DNA of 64,000 nt from Octopus sinensis (lineage: Eukaryota). The position numbers and the translations under genes are program-made. Positions within the stretch are counted from its first letter, which is position 1. Each line of letters starts with the position of its first letter. This document shows, piece by piece, positions 12,831 through 25,475 of the stretch. The stretch is taken from the NCBI RefSeq assembly GCF_006345805.1, contig NC_042998.1, forward strand, positions 81,282,001 through 81,346,000, written 5' to 3'. A model generated the notes under the pieces. That model saw nothing but the letters and a program-made list of their open reading frames with translations, was not told where the DNA came from and did not search any database.

Positions 12831-13333
12831 AGAGTGTCTGCGAATTGGACATTTTAATTACACAACTATTTCTCTCTATGCTGAGATAGAATATCGAGTT
12901 TCTCATTTTTGTGTCAAATTATACTCCGATATCTACAGGTGATTCGGTCCTAAAAGTTGTTTCATTTATGTTTTGTAGAAGAATAAATAAAAACATTTCT
13001 TTGTGATTAAAATGGAATATGCGGTAGTTAACATATTATGTTTTAACGTTTGTTTAAATATAAATCTGAGCATATATATATATATATATATATTTGCGGT
13101 TCAACTATCTTTGAAATTCTGCGAAATTTTCGAATACATATTTATGAGAATAGACCACAGGATTTGCTTGCGTTTCATTGTTGAATTTAGTTGTTAAGCT
13201 ATTGTGCGACTATATATAAATCGAAATTTTCAACGTTTCAAAACGTGAAAAACGTATATACATAACTGTATAATACATAACGTATTCAGAGTGAATTTGT
13301 GTTCATGTGGTTTGTACTCTTCCCCAGTATGAG

Positions 13334-13389
<56 letters not shown>

Positions 13390-13466
13390 ATATAAAAGAG
13401 AGAGAGAGAGATAAAGAGAAAAAGAGAGAGAAAGATGGAACTTATATATATATTTATATTCTTTTG

Positions 13467-13645
13467 TTTGTTTTAGTCATTTGACTGTGGCCATGCTGGT
13501 GCACCATGTTTAATCGAACAAATCGACTACAGGACTTATTCTTTGTAAGTCTACTACCTAGTCCAGCGGTCTCTTTTGACGAACCACTAAGTTGCGGTAA
13601 TGTAAACACACCGACATCAGTTGTCAATTGTTGGTGGGGGGACAA

Positions 13646-13716
<71 letters not shown>

Positions 13717-13900
13717 CATACATATATATATATACACAAACACAGATACACACACACACAGACATATATATATACGACGGGCTTCTTTCAGTTTCCATCT
13801 ACCATATCCAGTCACAAGGCTTTGGTCAGCCCGAAGCTTGCCCCAGGTGCCACGCAGTGGAACTGAACCCGGGACCATGTGGTTGGTAAGCAAGCTACTT
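13467..13900 (-). mobile_element. Bipartite tRNA-derived SINE with internal (TA)/(TG) microsatellite; head interrupted by the Tx1-like insertion
   Basis: 3' half 13467-13648 (TCAGTCATTTGACTGTGGCCATGCTGG..), 5' half 13774-13900 (..GGTTCAGTTCCACTGCGTGGCACC.. on minus); ends abruptly at AGTAGCTTGCTTACCA. Confidence 0.9.
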
Positions 13901-14191
13901 TTATTCACATAATTTGCCACAAGGGCATTACACAGATGTAGCTGCCGGCTGGACATTTACATTAATAAGATGAAATGAAAAATATATGCACGAATGGGGG
14001 AAATGAACGCCGACCGCCGACCGCCGTTTCTTTAAAATAGGATGAGGTTTCAAAACCTCTTACTATTTAACACTAATGTCTATCAACTTCAGTATCGCTT
14101 ATGACACCATACCCCACCATTCCCCATTCCTCATTCAAAAATCTGGCGTATGACGTATTAGGGCAATCCAGCCATAAGTGAAACTTCTCTT

Positions 14192-15280
14192 TCAGTTTTT
14201 TTCAGTTTTTGCACCTTGGATAACCTCCACATTTATCTGCGGAGGCCATTCGGCGGGGTCCAGTATGCTGGCCAGATGTACTCTCCCTTGGATTTCCTCC
14301 ACCATTTTTCTACCACCGCCTCTGTAGAAGACAAGTAATTCCTCGTCTACAGGGGGCGGGGTCGTTTCTTCCACCGTCGGTGGCACAGTTCCCACCGATG
14401 AAGGTTCCTCCACTGCTAGTGGCACAATTCCCACCGACGATGGCTCTTCACCCATCAGTGGTACAATTTCCACCGACGAAGTTCTGGGACATGCCGGTAT
14501 TGTGTTACCGACTGCCGACAATGTCCCGTTTATCTTTCTCTTCCTTTCTCAACCATTGTTGCTCACCTTCTTCTTCTTGCGGCCCTTCTTTAAGGAGACC
14601 TCCGCCTCCTCGACCACCTCCATTCCCTCTTCTAAAGAGGTAGCAACCAACTGCTCCAGGAGCCTTCTTTGGTCCAGGGGGCAGTTCTTTTTATGTGGCT
14701 AGGTTCCAGGCACCGGTGACACTTGGTGGGGGGGCAAACCTCAAGGATCACCGGGTACCTGCACCCAGCCATGGTAAGAAAGTCAGGGAAAACTAAATTT
14801 TTTACTGATTGGGTCCACAGGGTCAAAACCACTTTTGACCCGACCCAATCAGCCACTGGTAACAATTTTACACTGAGGAGCCTAGTGCTGCTGCCACCTA
14901 GATCCCGACGGATAGTATCCTCTATCCACCCTGGTTGAATATTGGGTGGCAAACAGCAAATCCAGGCCCTCGTCAACTTCCTCCCACAATACGTAGGAAG
15001 AAATAACATTCTATTGCCCTCCAGGGGCTGGCTCGCAGAAATACGAACCTTCTCCGGCGTGTCAAATAGCAACCAAATCGTTGCGTATCTGACACCCCGG
15101 GCAATAAATTTCACAGTTAGCAGATATTCTGCCAACTCCACTTCAATCTCCTGCTCGGAGAAGACGGCAATGGCGTTTCGAATACATTCTCAACACCACT
15201 GTCTTCTCCTCTTGTTGTTTATGCCACTCTTTGGGTGGAATAATCTCCAACTCCAAGACATTGTTCATCTTTTTCACCAT
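14192..15280 (-). pseudogene. Tx1/L1-type ORF1 (nucleic-acid-binding, zinc knuckle), frameshifted
   Basis: Track ORFs 15143-15475, 14632-15141 and 14192-14521 join through frameshifts; CHRCLEPSHIK(K)NCP = CX2CX4HX4C after restoring one base near 14685. Confidence 0.75.
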
Positions 15281-15539
15281 ACTTCTCTTTAAAAAAAAAA
15301 AAAACTTCACAAAATAGTCCTTACAAAAATGAAGATTCCAGAAAAAAGAAAACAGTTGGAAGGAAGACAGAGAAAAATCGCAACAATAGAATAGAAAGGA
15401 AAGAACGTAAGATAAAAGTTTGAAACACAATAAAAGTTCTGAAGGCGACGACAGTTCAAATGACGGCAGCTCCACAAAAAACCTCCCGGTAAATTTGTAC
15501 TGCTGGCATTATGTTTAAATTCACAGTTCGAACTTTTGG

Positions 15540-16405
15540 TGTCGAGACACGCCCACCAAAACAATTCGCCTTAAGTGAACAATAATGCTAAACTGCAAGC
15601 CGACAAATGTCCAGAATCCAGTGAGGACTCCTTGCCTGGGAAAAATATTACACACCAAACAACAAACTCCACTGGACCCCAAAACGGTAAGATTTAAACT
15701 ACAGTTGAGCTCTTTTCGTCAATAATTTGCATCTACAAAATAACGTGCGACTTCCTTAGTGCCAAGAGTAACACTGAACCATGTTCATAAAAAGTCCAGA
15801 AAATTAAAATAAAAGGGGAAAAAATTATAGATATAAAAGGAAAATACAAAAGTATGAAGGAAAAAATAAAAAGAGAAAGAAGGAAAAATATGTAATAGAA
15901 GAGGATAGAAGAAAAACCAAAAATAATAGACAAGGAAGAAAGAAAACAAAAACAGATAAACAGACATAGAATCTTCGGCCACTTGAGTACTCCTTGGCCT
16001 AACTCGTGCTCCAAAAACAGGAACAGATTTCAGAACACGAAGACAGTTCACAAAAATGTCCGTCAGCAGGAACAAAATTAATATTTCAGGCAAAATTCCT
16101 CTGTTCACTGGTAATTCAACTAGCAGCTACAAAGAAAAAAAAATCACACTTTGACTTCTTGGCGGCGAGACAGGCACATCAAAACAATTCACCTTAAGTT
16201 AACAACAATGTTCGACTGCAAGCCGAGAAATGTCTAGAATCCAGTGAGGACTTCTTGCCCGGGAAAAAATATTACCCACCAAACAACAAACTCCCACTGG
16301 ACCCCCAAAAACAAAACCCTTACCTTACAGTTGAGCTCTTTTTGACATTAATTCGCAGCTACAAAACAGCGTACGACTTCCTTAGTGCCAAGAACAACAC
16401 TAACA
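15540..16405. repeat. Diverged ~250-bp direct repeat in the 5' UTR of the Tx1-like element (15540-15790 vs 16165-16405)
   Basis: Shared blocks AAAACAATTC.CCTTAAGT, AGAATCCAGTGAGGACT, ACAGTTGAGCTCTTTT, CGACTTCCTTAGTGCCAAGA. Confidence 0.85.
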
Positions 16406-16440
16406 AAAGCGCATGCGTTTAAGTGGTAAGCAAGCTACTT

Positions 16441-17870
16441 TATTTAATGTTATTGGCTATGAAAGCCGTCCACAGAGGGAGTAGCTGCGAGCTGGACAAG
16501 GCCATGATGATGATGAAATGAAAAGAATAGTTGATGGGAGAAGCAACAACGCCCGCCGATTGTCGTATTCTCGAAGACATTGTTCTTTTTTCCTTTTAAA
16601 AACAAAAAACAAAATAAGGTATTAAAACTCTTCCCTCAGTTCCAAAATTAAAGGACGTAATAGTCCATTACACATTGAGGCTCTGAGCATTTTACAAACA
16701 ATAAACACTTAGGCACTAGGGCCTCTTTATCCTTCCTTCCCAACCAGGCCATATGCCTCCCGCAGGCAATCCTCCAGCTCCAGGTCGGGGCCCCAGAAGG
16801 CGAACCTAAGATAGTCCTCGGAAAGGAGTGCACCACCCTGAACATTTTGACGTCCATTAAGATCTCTGCAGTCACCTGCGGGAGCCAATCCGGGTCTTCA
16901 GTCCAGTGCAAGGTCCCCACCCTCCGGCCCTCTAGCTTCCTTAAGAAGCTCTGAATCGCTCCTCCCTTATTGAAGAAGGTAAAAAAAGTCATCCTTCATC
17001 ACACTGGGAGGGGCCACAGTTTCCTCCGTCAGTGACACAATTTCCATCGACGAGGCTTCAGAACATGCCGGCAGTGCACCATCAACCGCCGGCAGTGCAT
17101 CATCAACCACCGGCAATGTCCCATTCTTTATTCTTTTCTTTTTCCGAGGCGATCTCCACCTAATCGACTGCCTCCCTCTCTCCCTCCACTAGGAAAACCA
17201 GATTCTTGGCTGATTGGGTCAAAACCGCTCTTGACCCCACCCAATCAGCCGCAGGCAAAATTTTAACATTGAGGAGCTTGGCTCCGCTGCCACCCAGACC
17301 CCAGCGGATAGTGTCTTCTATCCACTCGTGTTCTATCCCGCGTGGCAGCCCACTGACCCCCAGCTCTTGTTAATTTCTTCCCACATACTGTGGGAAGAAA
17401 CAAAATCTTTTGCTCTTCTAAGGGTTGACTCGCAAACTTGCGACCCACCTCAGGGTGTCAAATCGATGCAACACACTTTCTGTCCTTTTCTTCCCCTCTT
17501 TTGTTTCCTCTCTCTTCCTTTCTATTCTCTTTCTCTATTCTTTTTATCTCCTCTTCTTCCCCTTTCGTTTTCCTCTCTCATCCTTCTTCTCCCGTCCCTT
17601 CGCCGTTCTCTGTCTGTCTCTCTCTCCTTCACTTTTCCACCTTTGCTTTCTCGTGGCTCGCTCGTGACCGTCGGCCATCTTTCTTCCCCTAACTTTTCTT
17701 TCTCTCTGATCAGTCCCAGGGATTGAACGCATTCTTGTCTGTCTCCTGTCAGAGCTTGTATCTCCGCGTTCACGAAATCAACTCGTTTAGGCTTAACAGC
17801 CCTTCCTGTCTGTTTTCACTCTCTTGTTTTTGTTGCCAACTTTGACCCTCCGCAAAATCCAAAATTTTAT
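16441..17870 (-). mobile_element. Second, diverged ORF1-only Tx1-like element whose 3' end abuts the same target motif
   Basis: ORF1 pieces ASQPLEEQKILFLPTVCGKKLTR and DWVGSRAV match the first element; 3' UTR shares TTTTCATTTCATC..TGTCCAGC..GCAGCTAC; followed on minus by AGTAGCTTGCTTACCA; 5' part divergent. Confidence 0.65.
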
Positions 17871-17884
17871 TTAATTTGCTTTGC

Positions 17885-18065
17885 AGGAGCAACTGTTACG
17901 TCGAAAACGGATCTTGTGAAATGCTCGAAATACTGCTGAAGGGTCGTTTTTCGTGTTACTTAGTTTGCTTTCCGTTTGTTTCTTTCGTTGTTCGCAAAAA
18001 AATTTGTATTCTGTTGACGTGTTTTGTATTTCATGTTGTTTACGTACCGTGGTGTCCTGTGCCCT
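17885..18065 (+). repeat. Short interspersed repeat, inverted homolog at ~29670-29825
   Basis: Shared CTG(C/A)TGAAGGGTCGTT.. and ..GTCCTGTGCCC ends; probably a Penelope-terminal fragment. Confidence 0.45.
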
Positions 18066-18152
18066 TATATGTATGTATATACAAATATATGTATATACAT
18101 ATATATGTGTATCTATGCTTATATATTTATATATTATTTATATTATGTATGC

Positions 18153-18194
<42 letters not shown>

Positions 18195-18235
18195 TTATAT
18201 ATAATACACACACACACACACACCACACACACACC

Positions 18236-18273
<38 letters not shown>

Positions 18274-18304
18274 ATGTGTGTGTATGTGTGTATGTGTGTG
18301 TTAA

Positions 18305-18500
18305 ATAAAATGAGATAACAAGGCTAAGGCTGCTTGGAATTTTCAGGACATTTAAAGAGAGAAAGTTAATCTTATAGCCGTTTCTTGGATACTAGGGATA
18401 TCCCTTCATCTGAGAAGATGTGAGATGGTTAAATAGAAGGAAGTATTAGAGTTAACCATCTATTTAACCTCTGTTCAACCATCTCGCATATATTTCCCTT
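18305..18500 (-). mobile_element. Penelope-terminal fragment related to 1530-1700, with degenerate hammerhead
   Basis: Minus strand TCT-CAGATGA-A-GGGATA..TATCC-AA-GAAA-CGGCTA-TA-AGA at 18369-18415. Confidence 0.5.
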
Positions 18501-18657
18501 TGACTAACTCCAAAATCATAGTCTTCAATGATTTCGAAAACTACGACTCTTCGTTGCTCTTATGCATCTCACAGGGATGCCACCGGATCAGAAAATGAAC
18601 ATTTTGCAAACCTCAACATACTAAATCAAAAGATTTTATTCGCTGACCGAACGCCAG

Positions 18658-18852
18658 TTTTGCTGTTTGCTACCGCTCAGAGATTCACGACTAGCTGCTC
18701 TGCTGGCCTTTCATACATACGCATTATCAATTGCAGAACTTCAACGGTGGTACAGATATACTCGAACAACTGAACAGAATCACTGCACAACTCTGCTATT
18801 TGAGGACAATGAATATCTTCGCACTTTTGATAACGCCACTTGTGAAAACCAT
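18658..18852 (+). CDS. Candidate internal coding exon (FCCLLPLRDSRLAALLAFHTYALSIAELQRWYRY..FDNATCENH), unproven
   Basis: Unique sequence; open frame; CAG acceptors at 18657 or 18680 (pyrimidine-rich); GTAAAT donor at 18853 in phase 0, matching the next candidate exon. Confidence 0.3.
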
Positions 18853-19216
18853 GTAAATCTGTACACGCAGTAACACACGCACACACACACGCACGCTTGC
18901 GCGCGCATTCATGCGAGTACAGGCACATATGTGAGTGTGATATTTACAAAAAATAACATATTCCCAAAAAAATAAAAACAAACTTTTAAAAAATAAAATG
19001 TATGTATCACATTTACATTATAAAGGGACTTCTCAATACCCATATGCAAATGCAGTTGCGTGTATCAATACATCACACACGCACACACATATATATAAAT
19101 ACACATAGTACATGCACATATAATCATATATATCTGCCTTTGTGTGCGTGTGTATATCTATATATCTATATCTATATCTATCTATCTATCTATATATATA
19201 TAATATATATATATTA

Positions 19217-19247
<31 letters not shown>

Positions 19248-19470
19248 GTACATATATTTCTGTGTGTGTATGTATATAATATATATATATATATATATAC
19301 TATATATACATATATATATATCTATATATATATATATATTATATATATAATATATAATACATACATACATACATACATACATGCATCTATATATATCCTT
19401 ATGTGCCTGTGTCCGCTATTATATATACATGAACATACACGCGAGAATGTAAGGTACATATCTAATACAG

Positions 19471-19639
19471 TTGTTAATGTATAGTGAAGTCCTGATCTAC
19501 GCAGCCATCATCTCCTGTGTCGTAATCGTGTCGAAAATGACTGATCACGCTCTCCGAAATGTTTTTCTCGATTTACTTTGCATTCGGAAATGTCAAGTCA
19601 TCCGACATGATTGTGTATCACGGAAGTCGTCTGCATCCG
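19471..19639 (+). CDS. Candidate coding exon with TM-like helix ([42 protein letters not shown]..), unproven
   Basis: CAG acceptor at 19470, strong CG/GTAAGA donor at 19640; only this plus-strand frame is open. Confidence 0.35.
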
Positions 19640-19985
19640 GTAAGAACACATAATGAAGTTGTAGTAAATCGCTTCAATAAAAATAAGAATTATACAAGGC
19701 TTTCAATGCCTCTGCTCTGTTAACTCTAACATGTTCGCTGGACACAAACAGCACGGAGTGAGTTGTGATCAGGGGTGTCTGGTAATCGATTGCATCATCT
19801 AAATCTGTCTCTTTATCTAAAACTATGATTTATTGGTCAAAAACTGTCAGTCGGAACATTTTGTACGTTGTCTTTTTTATTTTTAAATAGTTAGCCAAAT
19901 AATATCTTTTTCTAATTAATTCGTTTCAGTTAAACGCATTGACTTACATCACACATGCATGCACTAACATTTATAGCAGTGTGTG

Positions 19986-20016
<31 letters not shown>

Positions 20017-20110
20017 GTATGCATATATGTATATTGTCTATGTATACATGTATGTCTGTATGCATGTATGTATATATGTATATATATATATTATATATAT
20101 ATATATATAT

Positions 20111-20159
<49 letters not shown>

Positions 20160-20163
<4 letters not shown>

Positions 20164-21473
20164 GAAAAACTCGGCATTCAAGCTGCCTTTAGATTTGGTG
20201 AGGGCCGAGTTTCCTACTTGCAACATTGGCAAAAATTCAGAGGAAGCTGAAGTTCTTAGACAGTGCCGTCTAATTGTATGGGACGAATGCACAATGACCA
20301 ATAAGGGTGCACTTGAGGTATTTGACGGGTCACTGAAAGGTATCAGGGATTCTACAGCTTCTATGGGTGGTGTAACTCTATTGCTTTCAGGAGATTTCCG
20401 GCAAACCTTTCCTGTCATCCCTAACGGGAACCGGGCAGATGAATGGCGCGCATCCACGTTGTGACCCCAGGTTAAGATCTTAAGCATAAACATGCGTGCG
20501 CCCTTGCTTAGTGATTGCACGTCTGCAGCATTTGATGAAGATATTTTTAGCCCGGGGAAAAGGCAAGGTCCCTAGAAATGATAGGAGTGACATATCCATC
20601 GCTGAACTGTGCAACACCGTGGACAACCTTTCCGATCTTTTGGAAACAGTGTTCCCTAATCTGGAGAGTAACTATGCAGACATCAATTGGCTGAGTGAAA
20701 GAACCAACCTGGCCCTCCAAAACGTAGCTGTCAGTGCTATCAACGACCAAATCATAAGCCGAATTCCAGGTGAGGAGCGCATCTACAAATCGATTGACCG
20801 AACCTGTGATCCCCAAGACATTGTCAATTCACTGGAGGCAGCAGGGCTTGCACCTCACATTCTTAGGCTAAGGGCTGGATGCCCAATTATGCTAATCAGA
20901 AACTTGCTTCCATCTAAACAATGCAACGAGACCCACTTAGTAATCAAGTTCCTGACGCTCCACTTGATTGAGACCACCATTGTGCGATAGGGGTGAAAAT
21001 GTTTTCATTTCAAGGACGCAGCTTTATCCCTCGGGGTCAGACATGCCGTTTAACCTCCGAAGATCACATGTCCATTAACAAATCCCAAGGCCAAACACTA
21101 TCGGTGGCAGGCATCTATTTGGGGCTTTCCATCCAATTAGGGACAAAAAATTGATAAACCGATTCCTTATAGGATTTCCCACTAAAAATGGCTACACCTC
21201 ATTTTCTACAATAACTTTTACCAATTTTGATATATTTTGCTCAAACTTGATGCCAGCATAAATAGGATTCATGCAATCTTTGATCTCTGAATGCTTTAAG
21301 TTCTCAAAAAAAAATCAAGAACAAAAAAAAAACAATGGATGGGTGGAAATAATCAACAAACCGTTTCATTATGGGATTTCCCAATCCAATTGCCGAATGG
21401 AATTCGCTCAAATTTGATGCCGGTGTCACTTATTTTAGTTTGAAATAAAGCGCTCGCCGGGCTATACTGCTAG
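20160..21473 (+). mobile_element. Helitron 3' remnant: PIF1-family helicase fragments and CTAG terminus
   Basis: LIVWDECTM, LLLSGDFRQTFPVIP, LRLRAGCPIMLIRNL, SINKSQGQTL motifs; GC-rich GCGCTCGCCGGGC followed by CTAG/T at 21470-21474. Confidence 0.9.
20175..21125 (+). pseudogene. PIF1-like (SF1B) DNA helicase of Helitron RepHel, frameshifted
   Basis: Track ORFs 20195-20464 and 20496-20990 plus downstream frame; stops and frameshifts present. Confidence 0.85.
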
Positions 21474-21539
21474 TATGTAAGTATATATATATATATAATA
21501 TATATATATATTATATATTATCGTTGTCGTCGTCGTGGA

Positions 21540-21905
21540 ACTCCTTCGCTTAAGACGACAAGGGTTCCAGTTGATCCGATCAACGAACAGCCTGCTCGTG
21601 AAATTAACGTGCAAGTGGCTGAGCACTCAACAGAAACGTATACCCTTAACGTAGTTCTCGGGGAAATTCAGCGTGATACAGAGTGTGACAAGGCTGGCCC
21701 TTTAAAATACAGGTACAATAGAGACAGGAAGAAAGTGTGGGAGAAAGTTGTGGCGAATGAGTACAGTAGAGTTCGCCACCACTCCCTGCCGGAGACTTGT
21801 GGGGCTTTAGGTGTTTTCGCTCAATAAACACTCGCAACGCCCGATCTAGGAATCGAAACCGCGATCCTACGATCGTGAGTCTGCTACCCTAACCACTGTG
21901 CCATT
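21540..21905 (-). mobile_element. tRNA-derived SINE family D (~360 bp)
   Basis: Minus head GGAGGCACAATGGCACAGTGGTTAGGGTAGCAGACTCACGATCGTAGGATCGCGGTTTCGATTCC (A and B boxes); body matches 49294-49650. Confidence 0.9.
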
Positions 21906-22197
21906 GTGCCTCCACACACACGCACGCACACACAAACACCACACACACACATGAGGTATATATATATATATATGCATATACATATATATGTATATATGCA
22001 TGTGTGCGTGTATTACGAACTGCTTTTCCTCCTACTTCTCACACGACATTTTCCTCTTTCCGAGGTAGGCAATGCTCGAAAAGTTACTCTTATTATTCCA
22101 CCTAAAACTACCACTGAGTGTCACTCAACTGTATTCATTGTGTACTTCCAACTGATTTTTGTTGCTTTCTCTTTTTTATGTTTTATTAGCCATATAT

Positions 22198-22620
22198 ATA
22201 TATAAAAGAGGCTTTTGGGTCAAAATTGTATGCACATTTTGCTATGTCAGATGTTGGCGGCCAGATCCGTGGTCGGATCGAGCTGAAAATTGACACAGGC
22301 ATACAAGGCGGGATGAGGCAGAGAGTTGAGTCGGTTAAAACTCGCCATCTGGAAAGATGCGGTTGCTATAGTGGGAAGAGTGATTTTTATCAATTCAAGG
22401 GTGCTCTAAGACTCTCCAGTTTGGCGCAATTGGCATCTAATCAATAACTATAAATCTGAAATGCGAAAAGTTTGTTTGTCTGGTTTTGGTATTGGAACGG
22501 GTTAAAGGGCACTAGATCCCGTCGGATTGACCCCAAAATTTACAGGACATGTAAAATGAAGTGAGGATGTGAGAGGGCTAGGTTAGAAATCACTATCGTA
22601 AAAGGTGTGGTTACTAGGGC
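22198..22620 (+). mobile_element. Helitron-like non-autonomous 5' fragments (two tandem starts)
   Basis: TATATATAAAA start; ATAAAT..ATGCGAAAAGTTTGTTTGTC and CGGATCGAGCTGAAAATTG / CGGATTGACCCCAAAATTT motifs typical of rolling-circle 5' regions. Confidence 0.4.
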
Positions 22621-23013
22621 AAAAAACGCACACTTTGACAAGTCTTCTCTCATTCTCTTATCTGCCTGTCTTCCTCCATCTCTCTCTTTCCTCCCTTCCT
22701 TTCAATTTCTCTCTATAACGTCGTTTAACAGTGTCTACTATCTTTCCTCTGCCGCCTTCACTCATTCTACCACCCCTCTCTCTCTCTCTCTCTACGTCTG
22801 TCTGCATTCATAGAGAGAATTATTAACGCCACTACGATCACACAATCATGAGAACAAATATTATGAATCAGATATCTATTGGGTTAATTATATATGTGTG
22901 TGTGTTCTATTATATAAATATGTATATATAATGTATATATACAAAGTGTATATATCTGTATTTATATTATATATATATATGTATATATATTATTATATAT
23001 TATGTTATATATA

Positions 23014-23064
<51 letters not shown>

Positions 23065-23539
23065 ATATATATAATGAAAAACAAGTCAAAATAGAAAATG
23101 CTAAAATAATTTTATAAAGAACATTTCAGTACGGTTTCGGTCATTTTGAGACCTTTCAACTGTAACGATTAATAATTAAATTTAGAAAAATTAGAAGAAA
23201 AGTTTTTAGAGGAATATTTGTTCAGTAGTGTTCAAATATAAGTGGCATCTGCCTTTCTCTGACTCCTTGTTTGCACTTGTGTGTTCGAGGTCGTGTGAAT
23301 CCTTGGTAGGGTAGAAGAAGAAGAAGGCTGAAGAGGAGAGGGGGTGGGAAAAATTGGGAGTGCCTTGATTGTGTATTTGAATGGTCAGTGACCGCTAGCA
23401 GTTGCAGTTCAATTCAGGAGAATATTTCTATTGAGAGATTTGTTTATGGAATTTGCGTAGGTGTTTTACTAAAAAGCATTAGTGACCACATATCAAATTA
23501 CCCATATCAACATATGCACAAACAAAAACACAAACCAAA

Positions 23540-25475
23540 CTTCAGCAAAAAAGAATGAGCTGAGTTGAACAAATTAAAACAAGATAAAACAATAACAATC
23601 AAAGAGGCCGATAAAGGGAGTGCTGTTGTCTTAATGGATACGACATTTTACCTAACTTTGTACTTTCTATGCTGGAAGACAAACATATATGAAAAGGCAC
23701 AAAAAACTACAGTCAACAAAAACTAATGAGGGAACTAAAATCCGTTTTAAACCCATACAAAGCAGGGCTCACCGACAAAGAATATGATTATATGACCAAT
23801 TTCACAAGTATAACCAGCCAATTCTACGGTATACCTAAGATACACAAAAGTGAAAAAAATAAGCAACGCATGCAAGATAGCTACAGACAAAATAATTAAA
23901 GTCCCTAATCCTAATGACCTCAAATTGAGACCATAATAGCAGGGCCGCATGCGAAACCCCACCGTCTCAGTAACTTTCTCGACACCCTGTTAAAACCACT
24001 CCTCAAACATGTCAAAAGCTATATAAGGGACGACTTGGATATGCTCAATCATCTACCGAATACTATAACAAAAACCACCATACTGGTATCCTTCGATGTA
24101 GTCAACCTCTACTCCAATATCCCCCACCACCTAGGACTAGAGGCAATCCAATTCTGGCTAGAGAATCACGCCAACGAACTACCACATCGCATCAAAAAAG
24201 AATTCGTGATAGAAGGGGTTAAATTCATCCTGAAAAATAAATTCTCGCCTTCAATGACAACTTCTACCGACAAAAATTCGGGGACTGCGATGGGTACACG
24301 AATGGCCCCTCCTTTGCCAACCTAGTCATAGGATATCTAGAGATCAGTCTGTATCGTAAGGTTCTAGAAAGATATGGCAGCCTTTTCTCCATCTACATAG
24401 AAAACAAAATGGAAGAGAATCTAGAGACTGTTTCATCCTTTGGCATGAAAATATTGAGAAACTCATAGAATTCCAAGAAATTTTAAACGGGCTGGACCTA
24501 AACGTTCACGATGGAATATAGCCAGCAACAACTCCCCTTCCTCGATATCCTCATTAAGAAAGCTAATAATGTAATAGAAACAGACATATATTATAAGCCT
24601 ACAGACTCTAAGCAATATCTTCCATTCAATTCATGCCACCCCAGACACACCAGGATGAATATCCCCTTCAATCTAGCAAAAAGGATATGCAGTATAGTCT
24701 CTAATGCAAACACCAGAGACACACGACTACAAGAACTAAAAGATACCTTTATCACCAGAAACTATCCACCTTCACTTATTGACAAGTGCATTCAACGTGC
24801 CCTTGAACTTAACATCAAGGAACTGAGACATCCCAAATCAAAGAAAAACTTACCACTAAAAGCCTTACCATACATCTCCACACACAACCCCTCAATACGA
24901 AGCCTTCGGCACCATCTCCACAAAATACCCCTCCAAAAAAAAGACCACAAAATGAACACAATCCTCCAAACACACACGATCATAAAAGCAAGAGACAGCC
25001 TAAATCCATGAAAAGTCTCCTAACACAAGCCCGAATTCACTCTTCAACACAGAAGCCGACAGTAAAAAAATGTGGAAGACCCAATTGCGGGATATGCGAC
25101 TATCTAATTGAGGGATCAGAGTTCTCCTTCAAACAGGGACAACGGTTTACAGTGAAAAGCAACTTCACATGTGCTTCGGAGAACCTAATATACTCACTAA
25201 CCTGCTCCGGGTGTCAAGAGCAGTACGTAGGCCAAACAAAAAATAGTTTGCGTAAAAGAATGGCCCTGCACAGATCCCAGATAAAAATTCCCCAAAACAG
25301 AAAAATAGTTTCAGCCAACACATAGATACTTGCGCCAACAACAAAACACCAGGCTTCAGGATTTTCCCCCTCTACCAATTTAGGGACGATACAACCTCGA
25401 GACAACGAATAAGTAAAGAAACTCTCTTTATTACAAAATACAGGCCACTTCTTAACGGGTCTACGACAAACGATT
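23540..25475 (+). pseudogene. PLE reverse transcriptase + GIY-YIG endonuclease, frameshifted
   Basis: IKEADKGSAVVLMD, LVSFDVVNLYSNIP, GTAMGTRMAP, LPFLDILI, YYKPTDSKQYL..SCHP, CGRPNCGIC, NLIYSLTCSGCQEQYVGQT..LRKRMALH. Confidence 0.95.

Larger units (their letters stand above)
13901..16423 (-). mobile_element. ORF1-only (non-autonomous) Tx1/L1-like non-LTR element with a 17-bp target-site duplication
   Basis: Direct repeat TGGTAAGCAAGCTACTT at 13884-13900 and 16424-16440; gag-like ORF1 with CCHC knuckle; 3' end AATAAA; no RT/endonuclease between ORF1 and the 3' end. Confidence 0.75.

Noticed and set aside
17522-17773. Arg/Glu-rich ORFs resembling RNA-binding proteins
   Set aside because: Purine-rich low-complexity 5' part of the second Tx1-like element.
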